A DNA stretch of 64,000 nt from an uncultured virus (IMG/VR IMGVR_UViG_3300022752_000049) (Duplodnaviria > Heunggongvirae > Uroviricota > Caudoviricetes). The position numbers and the translations under genes are program-made. Shown here in pieces: positions 46,446 through 54,701 of this stretch. The first letter of the stretch is position 1, and every line of letters starts with the position of its first letter. The notes below the pieces were generated by a model. It was not told the DNA's origin. It was given only the letters and a program-made list of their open reading frames with translations, and searched no databases. The DNA lies in the IMG/VR virus record IMGVR_UViG_3300022752_000049; one strand, 5' to 3'.

Positions 46446-47216
46446 TTAAATACCTATATCTTTTGAAACAATAATTCTATATTTATATCCAGTCTCAAAA
46501 TAGGTTTTATCTTCTGTGTAATAAGCTGGGGTAGCGTCATTGGAAGGAAAATCTACGTAGACCTCCGGTTTCCAAGAGTGCATTTGTATTTTTGCATCTA
46601 CGGATTCCCATCTAGATGGAGTTCTTTGAATTTTTTTTCTTTGTATCTTAAAATACTGTGAGGTTAAAAAGTTTGTTGCTGGTCTAGCGTTGAACGCTAT
46701 TGTTACTCTACCATTATTGTGAGAATTATCTATATAAAAATCTCCGTTATCAGGATCAACATCTTTTATATAGAACTCTGGATTTTTTGCTATTATTTGA
46801 TACGAAGTATATGCTTCGTTAAGTACTGATTTATCTTCAATATATATTTCTTCTACAGTTGGAACTGTAATGGAAGAAACCCCAGATGGTGTGGCCGCAT
46901 CCTGTTTTGTAAAGACGATATATTCTTCTGGAACAACTTCGTTTGCGGCATCAAGTAATCCAACTAACCTAATTGCATACTCTTGACCAGAAACAAGTGT
47001 TTTATTCCAATATAGGGTAAGTGTTCTTGATATAGTGTTATAATCCGCTAATGTATTAATTACCTTAAACGGATTCTCTACCTGGCTAGGCGTTGCAGCG
47101 CAGGTTTGAGCAATAAATTTATCATTTGTTATAGAAGCAATCTTGATAGTTCTGCCAAATTTAATTTTAACTCTGTCCAAGTTTACTGCTGCGTAATCAA
47201 TTAAATTCAGCGGCAC
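46446..47216 (-). CDS. Putative Ig-like head or decoration protein
   Basis: Two beta-sandwich-like halves (LVSGQEYAIRL; FETGYKYRIIV); GTG start with AGGAG RBS; follows the MCP. Confidence 0.5.
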   Translation of the reverse strand: MPLNLIDYAAVNLDRVKIKFGRTIKIASITNDKFIAQTCAATPSQVENPFKVINTLADYNTISRTLTLYWNKTLVSGQEYAIRLVGLLDAANEVVPEEYIVFTKQDAATPSGVSSITVPTVEEIYIEDKSVLNEAYTSYQIIAKNPEFYIKDVDPDNGDFYIDNSHNNGRVTIAFNARPATNFLTSQYFKIQRKKIQRTPSRWESVDAKIQMHSWKPEVYVDFPSNDATPAYYTEDKTYFETGYKYRIIVSKDIGI

Positions 47217-47269
47217 GGTTTGCTCCTACGTTGTATATACAGATATTTAATTAGTAACTAAAAACGGAC

Positions 47270-47300
47270 AAAAAGATAAGGGGTGGCTTTCGCCACCCCT
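47270..47300 (-). terminator. Intrinsic terminator after the major capsid gene
   Basis: AGGGGTGGC-GAAA-GCCACCCCT followed by TATCTTTTT. Confidence 0.88.
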
Positions 47301-47317
47301 GATCCCTTCTTAGGATT

Positions 47318-47340
47318 CCGTAACTATAACGGCCCTAAGG
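47318..47340 (+). other. 23-nt copy of 23S rRNA helix 69 region (antisense in the capsid mRNA 3' UTR)
   Basis: CCGTAACTATAACGGCCCTAAGG versus bacterial 23S CCGTAACTATAACGGTCCTAAGG, 22/23 identical; reference recalled from memory. Confidence 0.8.
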
Positions 47341-47347
47341 ACTGTTA

Positions 47348-48409
47348 TTAGAGCGATACCTGGTTTGTAACCGAAACTTCGTAGTTACGGGTCAGGCGTA
47401 CGTTCTTAGCAACTGTGATACCCTCACCGTCACCGAGCATAACGATGTCATAGCGCTCTTTCATCTTCATCGAACGAATGTCACGTGATGGATCATCGAA
47501 CTGATCCGTGCTCATGTCGTCCTTGACGAGAAGAGTGCCAACCTCATTACGGTCAATCAGGAAAAGGTCTGACTTGGCTGGTGTTGAACCGCTCTTAGCA
47601 GTAAAGCTAACGAATGGCGAGACGATAACATTCAGACCCATTGGGGCTGTGGAGTTAAGCGTGCCTTCCTTAGACTGCGGACGGTAGCCCCAGCTTGTGT
47701 TGACAGCAGCTGCAGATCCACCTGCATGGAAGATCGAGTCTTTCAAGAAGACCGACCACATGAGTGGGTGGAGAATGAAGTCTGTTGGAACATGATTCTC
47801 GGCCATTAGAACAGCTGCCATATCAACGATGTCATCCCAGGTAACGGTCTTGTTGGCTGCGCCATCAATTCCGCGACCTGTTGTATCGTCGTATGAACCA
47901 CTGTCGTTGTCAAAGACGATTGTTGCAGCGTCCTTGAAACGGCTAAGTGCAATTTGTTCCTTCAGGCGTGCCATTGCACGACCTGCAGCACGTACATGCA
48001 GACCTACGATGTCCCAAAGTGAGTCAGCAATAACTTCCTCTGTGAAAGCCAGCTTAACACCTTTCTTTGACACCTTGCCCTCGACTTGCTTAGCAAATGC
48101 GAGTGCCTGCTCTGGGTATTCTTGTCCTTCTGGTATCTCAGCAGCTTGAATTGCGTTTACCGCTGGGAATTCCAAAGAACGACCCTTACCGAGGCGTACT
48201 GTTGAAAGGAGCGGAGTCACCAAAAGCTGCGGTTCGGCTGCCTCTTTTAGAGTACGCGAGATAACTTTGGGGAATAGCGCTGCGGCATCGGATGATGCAA
48301 AGGCCTCCTTAATTGTCACTCTGTTCTCTAAGTCGATGTAACCATCCTCAGCAAATGCGGCTTCCCAAGCTGGGAGACCCGAGAGGAGTTCTTGTATTGT
48401 TTTACTCAT
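47348..48409 (-). CDS. Major capsid protein
   Basis: 353 aa; AAEIPEGQEYPE...KKGVKLAFTEEVIADS.WD...AGRAMARLKE; FILHP; strongly biased codon usage; AGGAGG RBS; followed by a terminator. Confidence 0.88.
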   Translation of the reverse strand: MSKTIQELLSGLPAWEAAFAEDGYIDLENRVTIKEAFASSDAAALFPKVISRTLKEAAEPQLLVTPLLSTVRLGKGRSLEFPAVNAIQAAEIPEGQEYPEQALAFAKQVEGKVSKKGVKLAFTEEVIADSLWDIVGLHVRAAGRAMARLKEQIALSRFKDAATIVFDNDSGSYDDTTGRGIDGAANKTVTWDDIVDMAAVLMAENHVPTDFILHPLMWSVFLKDSIFHAGGSAAAVNTSWGYRPQSKEGTLNSTAPMGLNVIVSPFVSFTAKSGSTPAKSDLFLIDRNEVGTLLVKDDMSTDQFDDPSRDIRSMKMKERYDIVMLGDGEGITVAKNVRLTRNYEVSVTNQVSL

Positions 48410-48451
48410 CTTAGGATCTATCCTCCTGTTTGTTGTTTTTTTATTTTCTTA

Positions 48452-49207
48452 TTAGAGCGTCAGGTTAACGCGGAATGCGCCAATGACGTTCGTAACATCC
48501 AAATTGGAGCGGATGCCCAACTTGTTCTTATAGGTGCCTTCACGTGTAATTTCATATACCGTCTTCAAAGCACCTGGGTCTGACGGCAGCTGCATGTAGG
48601 AGAGTAGACCGTCATCGAAGTTTGTTGCAAACTTTTCGACTTCAATTACTTTACCAACTTGCAACCATGGGTACGATGCTGCGTCTGCTGTTGAAAGCTT
48701 TCTTGGGCGACCCATAAAATCTGGGGCGATCAAGTCACCTGCAGCAACGTCTGCGTTTACATTTGTAACCATTGGGTACTCTACATAACCGTGTGTGATA
48801 AAGCCAGCACCTTGTGATGTGCCCTTATCGAATGGTCTGTAAAGATCATATTGTGCGCATCCAACTGGAAGCGAACGAGCGGCAACTGCTTGAGTGTCAC
48901 CCGAAGCGCCTGCGACTGGTGTTGCACCAGCTAGTGGGTCCCAACCTGAAATAGTGTCACCCCATGTTACTGAGGATCCGCTACCGTTAGCTGGAACAAA
49001 GCGCGAATCACCATTTGCATCTGTTACAACCGAAAGGATTGTTCCTTTTGGAATAACGATTTCAAAACGGTCATCTTCTGAATCTACGTACCAAGTTGGG
49101 AGTGCAACTGATGGAAGAATGTAGGCTGATGGTGCAATACCCTCAGAAACTACAAAACGACCTGCGCCAGTCTTGGTCCCTACTTTGCGAAATTTCGCTA
49201 AGCTCAT
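48452..49207 (-). CDS. Capsid-associated (decoration/cement) protein
   Basis: Lies between protease and MCP; AAGGAG RBS; codon bias similar to the MCP; VIPKGTILS motif. Confidence 0.6.
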   Translation of the reverse strand: MSLAKFRKVGTKTGAGRFVVSEGIAPSAYILPSVALPTWYVDSEDDRFEIVIPKGTILSVVTDANGDSRFVPANGSGSSVTWGDTISGWDPLAGATPVAGASGDTQAVAARSLPVGCAQYDLYRPFDKGTSQGAGFITHGYVEYPMVTNVNADVAAGDLIAPDFMGRPRKLSTADAASYPWLQVGKVIEVEKFATNFDDGLLSYMQLPSDPGALKTVYEITREGTYKNKLGIRSNLDVTNVIGAFRVNLTL

Positions 49208-49226
49208 GTTATTATCTCCTTAATGT

Positions 49227-50817
49227 TTAGAGTTTCTTGCGACCCATTAAAGCATCGACAAGAAGATTTTCAAATGCAGACTCTGCTGTATCTTCATTCT
49301 TCTCTTCGCTTGCTTCGACTTCTGAATCAATTGTTAATACATTGTGCTCTTCATTTGATACGACCTCACTCTCAACTGCAATGTCAGCAAATTCCTTTGC
49401 TTTTGTAACATTGCCTGCTGGAATCTTTGCCATATCTCTTAGCGAATCGGCAAGCGACGAAGCGGTTCTCTTAACATGATCTTCGATAAGAGAATCTCTG
49501 TCTTCTGCTGATTCAATTCCAAGAGCAATTTTTGTATCGACAACTCTTTCAACGAGAGTACGATGCAGTGCTTCTTTGAGTTTTTTGTTTTCTTCTTCTA
49601 GAGACTGAATTTTATTTTGAGTCTCGTCAGCATCTTGCTCAGCGGCTTCTTTTTCGTCACTGAGCTCTGCTTCTGGCTCTTCAGTCTTTTCTGCTTCTTC
49701 GGTTTCTGTTGAAGAAGCCTCTTCTGATTTTTCGGAGTCTGCAGAATCAACAGCTTTTTCAGCTTGTTCTTCTGTCTTCTCTGAATCTTCAGATGAGATC
49801 TTTTCTTGATCAACTGCTTGTTCTGCAGTTGGTTCGGCTGGCTGCTCTTCTTTTGCCTGCTCAACTTCTAAGCTTTCTTCTTTTTGGACTGACTCCAAAA
49901 GACCCTCAACAACCTCTAAAACGTTGTCTTCTTGAACTTCTTGATTCATCTTTGGGTTCTCCTCATTATTTTCAACTACATTATTCTTAACAAATAGTAA
50001 TGTATTATCTTTCTGCCTATCAGTTTCACTTTCCTGAAAGGCCATTGCTGTTAAAAATGCTCCCTTGAGATGCAGATATAGTGGTCTTGATTCTTTCTTT
50101 TTAAGGCCGACAAAAATTGACTCATTTTCCTCTACGGAAACAATATCTTCTTTATCCATGTGTAAAACAAATGCCGAAGTTTTTGCGGTCCAGTTTTCTG
50201 AGTCGGATGTTGTTACTGAGCCATCTATTTTTTTAGAAGACCTAACACCAGATCTTTGATCAGCGGGTTGATTTACAAATGAATACTCTTTAAATGATAT
50301 ATCCTGCATGTCTATGAAGGCTAACTTACCCTTATAAACTTTACCTCTCTTGTATTTGGGAAACTTTGGCCTGCCGCTATCATCTTCTTGGGCCAAGTCT
50401 TCGCCGGAAATCGAGCAAACAGCTTTACCGGCTCTGCCGCCAACTGAACCAGTCAAATATCTTTTATCGGCTATTTTTTGAGCTGCTAAGGGATCTGTAA
50501 TTGCTATCTGTAGTCTTACAAAATTTGCTCCATCGATCTCTTTATCCATTCTGGCTGCGATAACTCTGCCGATGGGTTCGCTATTGAGATCATGATTTAA
50601 AATAATAGGCTTTGGGTATGGCTCCACCCATGACTGAAGAGCCTTTTCTAACTCTGCTGCAGAGTAGTTATTATAATTAGCGGTAAGTCCGTTCGTGAAT
50701 CGCAGCAACTTCAATAATCAATCCATGTTTATCATTAAAGGATTCAGAAAACTGTGATTCAATTTTAGAAAAATCTGGTAGTTCAAGAGTAAAATTCTCT
50801 GTGAAATCAAACGCCAT
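49227..50817 (-). CDS. Prohead protease/scaffold (529 aa), one +1 shift at codon 43
   Basis: ATG at 50817 with GGAG RBS: ...LIIEVAAIHE[CGGA=G]LTANYNNY...PIILNHD...PIGRV...RYLTGSVG...CSISG...EYSFVNQPAD; acidic coiled-coil C-terminus. Confidence 0.85.
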
Positions 50818-50903
50818 TTTTATCTCCAATATAACTATCCGACATTTATAGTAAATGATCTGTTTATAAGATTAAACAATATTATATAAATATATCATAC
50901 TTT

Positions 50904-51677
50904 CTACGAGATTTCTAAATATTGACTGTGTCTGGGATCGCCGTTAGCAAGAAAATGCTGCAGCATCGCTTGATGCATTATGTGCGGAGCGTAAATGTAG
51001 GAGGCAGAATATAGATTTAATCCAAGTTTTGCTGCGTTTGCGGACCAACCAAGGTCCTCGCCCTGGCTATGTAAATCATAATTAACATTTTGATAAGTAT
51101 GCTTTGACATCATTTTTGCGGCCATGATAACATCTGATTTAAAATATTCTCCAAGTGGATATTTTTCTTTTCTATACGCTTGACCGCCAGGTTCATTTAC
51201 CCAGTTCATAACGCTAGGGTACATCGTATCATTTGGTGTCATAAACATAAGCGGACTAACCGCATCTGCACCGTCTTTAATATGTGATACCAAGTAGTTA
51301 ATTGTATTTGAGTTGGTCAAAAGAATATCGGAATCAAGACTAAAAAAATAATCTGGATTTATTTCTCTTACTTTTTCAAGTAATTTATTCCTAAGAAATA
51401 CCATGTTTGTATATTTTGACATACTCCAAACTCTGGAATTTTCTTTATGCTCGAAATGAGGAATCTCTGTTCGAATATCTATTTCAAACAAAGGAATATT
51501 CGGCCTATTATTTTTGTATCTAATAAGATGAGATATTGTTTCCTGATCATCTGGAGAAACTTCAAAAACAAAACCTATATTAGATAAATCCAATTCTTGA
51601 TTTTCAATACAGGAAATCCAGTAAGGAAATATCCAATCTCTTTTATAGATTGGACAACCGATAACTAATTTAACCAT
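50904..51677 (-). CDS. Glycosyltransferase (GT2-like)
   Basis: LVIGCPI, LRNKLL, FSLDSDIL (DxD), GEDLGWS. Confidence 0.78.
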   Translation of the reverse strand: MVKLVIGCPIYKRDWIFPYWISCIENQELDLSNIGFVFEVSPDDQETISHLIRYKNNRPNIPLFEIDIRTEIPHFEHKENSRVWSMSKYTNMVFLRNKLLEKVREINPDYFFSLDSDILLTNSNTINYLVSHIKDGADAVSPLMFMTPNDTMYPSVMNWVNEPGGQAYRKEKYPLGEYFKSDVIMAAKMMSKHTYQNVNYDLHSQGEDLGWSANAAKLGLNLYSASYIYAPHIMHQAMLQHFLANGDPRHSQYLEIS

Positions 51678-51685
51678 TTTAAATA

Positions 51686-51946
51686 CTACTCAACGGCTGT
51701 AACAGAAGCCTCTTCTTTTACCTTCTTTTTAGAAGGTGTTTTTTCTTCTTTTGGCTTTTCTTCAACAAGAGAATCCTGTTGAGAAGCTGGATTATTTTCT
51801 GCTTGTTCTTCATTTGGAACTATTATTTCTACAATTGCATCGATGACATCAACTAATGCCTCTAGTGCTAAACGAGTTTGACCATTGCGAACCGCTGTCT
51901 TAAAGACTTCAAGAATATCTTTTTCTTCAATATCAACATTAGACAT
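51686..51946 (-). CDS. Hypothetical protein
   Basis: ORF track; overlaps the portal stop. Confidence 0.7.
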   Translation of the reverse strand: MSNVDIEEKDILEVFKTAVRNGQTRLALEALVDVIDAIVEIIVPNEEQAENNPASQQDSLVEEKPKEEKTPSKKKVKEEASVTAVE

Positions 51947-53576
51947 TTTTATCTTCCTTTTCTAAATCTGTTCCTATTACATTATACTCTTTTTCAAGCA
52001 AGTTTTCAATTACTCCTAAAAATTTATTGTCGTTTCTTCTTATGTTTGGAGAGCTGTTGCGTCCATTTTGATTTTGGGGTCTAGATTTATTACCGGGTCC
52101 CTTTCTTGCATTTGGCAAGTTTCTTTGACCTGATGTAGCTGATTTTTGTCCATCAGAATTTTTTGGTTCCTGTGGGGCATTTTGTGAAGAAATTTCTGCT
52201 TGAGCTCCAGCTATATCTATTTGTGTTTTAGCTTGAAGACCGGCGTAAAGCTCCGTATCGTCAACATCTGGGCTTAGACCTAAAGCTAATCTAACTTCGC
52301 TAAGGGTAATTGTATTGTTAACAAATTTTTGTATAATGTGATTTTCTTTTTTAACTTGAGTATCTACGTCTATCTCTTTAAACTTGAAGAAACATCTATC
52401 TGACTCTCCATTTACCGAAGGGTTAACAGTTGGGTCAAAACCACCTTCAAACAGCAATTCGTTAAATATATTTAGTCTTATCATTTCTCCAAATATTTTT
52501 TGTATTTGCTTAACCTTATCGTATAAAGCTGTGTCTAATCTGTCTGTTACAGATCTATTACCACCATTCATGGTCATACCCAAGTGATGAGGAGCGACAC
52601 CCAAACCAACCGCAACGCGCTCCTTGAAGTGATCCAGGTACCTTGAGGCATCGAGTGCTGTATTTTCTGATCCAATTATTTCTATATCATGCCTATACGG
52701 AAGAATCAAACCACCCTCTGCCCTAAGGTTTTCTATTTCAAGAGCAGCTTGGTCTATTTCTTGTGGTTCTGCCGGCTGTTCAGCTGTACCAATTTTATAC
52801 TTATAAAGAGGAAATAGTTCTCTATGAACTAAATTTTGTATATCTTCTTCGATTTGTCTAAGTGCAATTACGTCATCTAAAACGGTATTGATATACGGAG
52901 TTCCAAAAGCTCTTCCTGGTTTTCTGTCTAGATGAAGATGAATTACCCTATCTGCCGACCAAACTGGATCTCTATCCGTAGGTGCATAGGTCAATGGATC
53001 TGTTGCCTGTTGGTAGGCTCTTGGTCTATTATGTTTATCTCTTAGAATTCTAACCTGTTCTGTTGGGATAAGATAATAACCAGCAATTGGGTACTCGGCA
53101 TTAACGGGGTTGAGCTTAGACGGGAAGTAGGGAGTAATATCTCCTCTACCCTTAACTATAAATGCATTACCAAATTTGAATAACTGATCTGATACTTCTA
53201 TCAAAAAATCTAGAAAAGGTCTTTTCATAGCCATTTCCATAAAATCTATTCTTTGAAGAAGATAAGAAACGGCTTCTTGATTTTCTGAAACTATTTCCCA
53301 GCCTTCTTTCCAGAAAAGCTCTTTATGTTTTGCTATAGCTTGACGGACATAGGAGTCAGTATCAACTGCTTGATGTATTCTATCAAAATCGTAAGATGGT
53401 GGTTCAAAAGAAGCTCTTTTGCTAAAAAAATAAGATGTTCCCTGAAAGCCTAGAGCCAGGGCAGCCACTCTCATTGTTTTTGATAATGGACCTATATCTT
53501 GAGGCTTTAAAGATCTTTCCTCAAGATTGGTCTGATTGATGCTACCCGAAAAGGGCAAATAATCTTTAAACGCCAT
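51939..53576 (-). CDS. Portal protein
   Basis: 545 aa; LFKFGNAFIVK, VIHLH...AFGTP, LGVAPHHLG, ITLSEVRLALGL; upstream of the protease. Confidence 0.85.
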   Translation of the reverse strand: MAFKDYLPFSGSINQTNLEERSLKPQDIGPLSKTMRVAALALGFQGTSYFFSKRASFEPPSYDFDRIHQAVDTDSYVRQAIAKHKELFWKEGWEIVSENQEAVSYLLQRIDFMEMAMKRPFLDFLIEVSDQLFKFGNAFIVKGRGDITPYFPSKLNPVNAEYPIAGYYLIPTEQVRILRDKHNRPRAYQQATDPLTYAPTDRDPVWSADRVIHLHLDRKPGRAFGTPYINTVLDDVIALRQIEEDIQNLVHRELFPLYKYKIGTAEQPAEPQEIDQAALEIENLRAEGGLILPYRHDIEIIGSENTALDASRYLDHFKERVAVGLGVAPHHLGMTMNGGNRSVTDRLDTALYDKVKQIQKIFGEMIRLNIFNELLFEGGFDPTVNPSVNGESDRCFFKFKEIDVDTQVKKENHIIQKFVNNTITLSEVRLALGLSPDVDDTELYAGLQAKTQIDIAGAQAEISSQNAPQEPKNSDGQKSATSGQRNLPNARKGPGNKSRPQNQNGRNSSPNIRRNDNKFLGVIENLLEKEYNVIGTDLEKEDKNV

Positions 53577-53636
53577 CTTACTTCCTTAGTGCGACCTTGA
53601 CATTAATAGTAAGGCCACTTTTGGCTAGGCTATATT

Positions 53637-53813
53637 TTATAGTGCTTCTGCCATCCCGGCGGCATCAAATGTCTTTTTAATAATAAGATCTTTTACTGCC
53701 TCGAGCCAAAAGATGGTTTCCGCTTCTGAAAAATCACTCTTATATGAAAGATTCTTTTCAGAAATTTTAATTTCGACTTTAAATTCTTTTACTTCGTCTT
53801 GAACATCGCTCAT
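53637..53813 (-). CDS. Small hypothetical protein (58 aa), below the ORF-track cutoff
   Basis: ATGA overlap with the upstream stop; GAGG RBS; MSDVQDEVKEFKVEIKISEKNLSYKSDFSEAETIFWLEAVKDLII... Confidence 0.65.
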   Translation of the reverse strand: MSDVQDEVKEFKVEIKISEKNLSYKSDFSEAETIFWLEAVKDLIIKKTFDAAGMAEAL

Positions 53814-54079
53814 TGCTGATTTCCTCTCAGTGTATTGATGATTGCTGTTAGTTGCTTTATTGTTGCATCTTTAATGATTAACTCAGTGGTTAGCTGTCCA
53901 ACCTTTTCCTGAAAAGACGCTATTACTAAGCTTATGTCTAATTCTGAATTTATTTCCTTAGGCCTTGGTTGGACTTGACGATTCTCGTTTGGAGTTTCAA
54001 AATCTGATTCAACCACGATATTTTCCTTATTTGTTGTTAACTTAGACATTGCTTTATTATACCACCTGTTTTTCAACAT
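53810..54079 (-). CDS. Hypothetical coiled-coil protein (alternative start 54049)
   Basis: ORF track; two TGGTATAAT boxes (54056-54064 and 54086-54094), each 6 nt before an in-frame ATG. Confidence 0.7.
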   Translation of the reverse strand: MLKNRWYNKAMSKLTTNKENIVVESDFETPNENRQVQPRPKEINSELDISLVIASFQEKVGQLTTELIIKDATIKQLTAIINTLRGNQQ

Positions 54080-54125
54080 GCTGTGATTATACCATAATTT
54101 TATTGCCTTAGTAGCACATCAGTCT

Positions 54126-54701
54126 CTAAAAACAGTAAAGACTATTGTAGCAGTATTTAACTCCAGAAACAATTGGGTTAGTTCCATGAAGGTGAGCTGA
54201 GTCAAAAAAAATAACAGATCCAGCTTGTGGTTTAAATTCAAGTATTTTGTTTTTTTTATTATCTAAAAAAAATATTTCCCCACCTAGATAATTATCATTT
54301 AAGTATAAAACAGAACTTAGCTGCACTGGACGTTCCGTATTTGCTTCGATGTCTCTATGTAATTTGATGAATTTATCGTTTGTGTACCTTAATATTGATC
54401 GACCAACCCTTGCGGTAACTTTTACTTTATAAAGTCTTTCAACATAATCAATCAACATTTTATCAATATCTAATATTGTTTCATAAACAAATTCGCTTTT
54501 AAGACTTTTTGCTTCTGTGACTTCAAGAAAGTGATAGCTTGTATCGTTAGAGTAAATATTGTTTTGAAAATCTTCATATTTTAATAAATTATAAAAAACT
54601 TTAATTTGACGCTTACTTAAAATATCATATTTTATGATTGTATCAAGAGTTGATTGCATCGTGTTGGTTATGTATTTATAGTCTTGATTCAAGATCTTCA
54701 A
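54126..54701 (-). CDS. 2OG-Fe(II) oxygenase (start probably the ATG near 54659)
   Basis: LHRD, YLNDNYLGGEIFF, AGSVIFFDS, LHGT, KYC. Confidence 0.82.
   Translation of the reverse strand: MKILNQDYKYITNTMQSTLDTIIKYDILSKRQIKVFYNLLKYEDFQNNIYSNDTSYHFLEVTEAKSLKSEFVYETILDIDKMLIDYVERLYKVKVTARVGRSILRYTNDKFIKLHRDIEANTERPVQLSSVLYLNDNYLGGEIFFLDNKKNKILEFKPQAGSVIFFDSAHLHGTNPIVSGVKYCYNSLYCF

Noticed and set aside
47318..47340. 23S rRNA gene or fragment
   Set aside because: Similarity ends abruptly on both sides after 23 nt, so it is reported as a motif rather than an rRNA.
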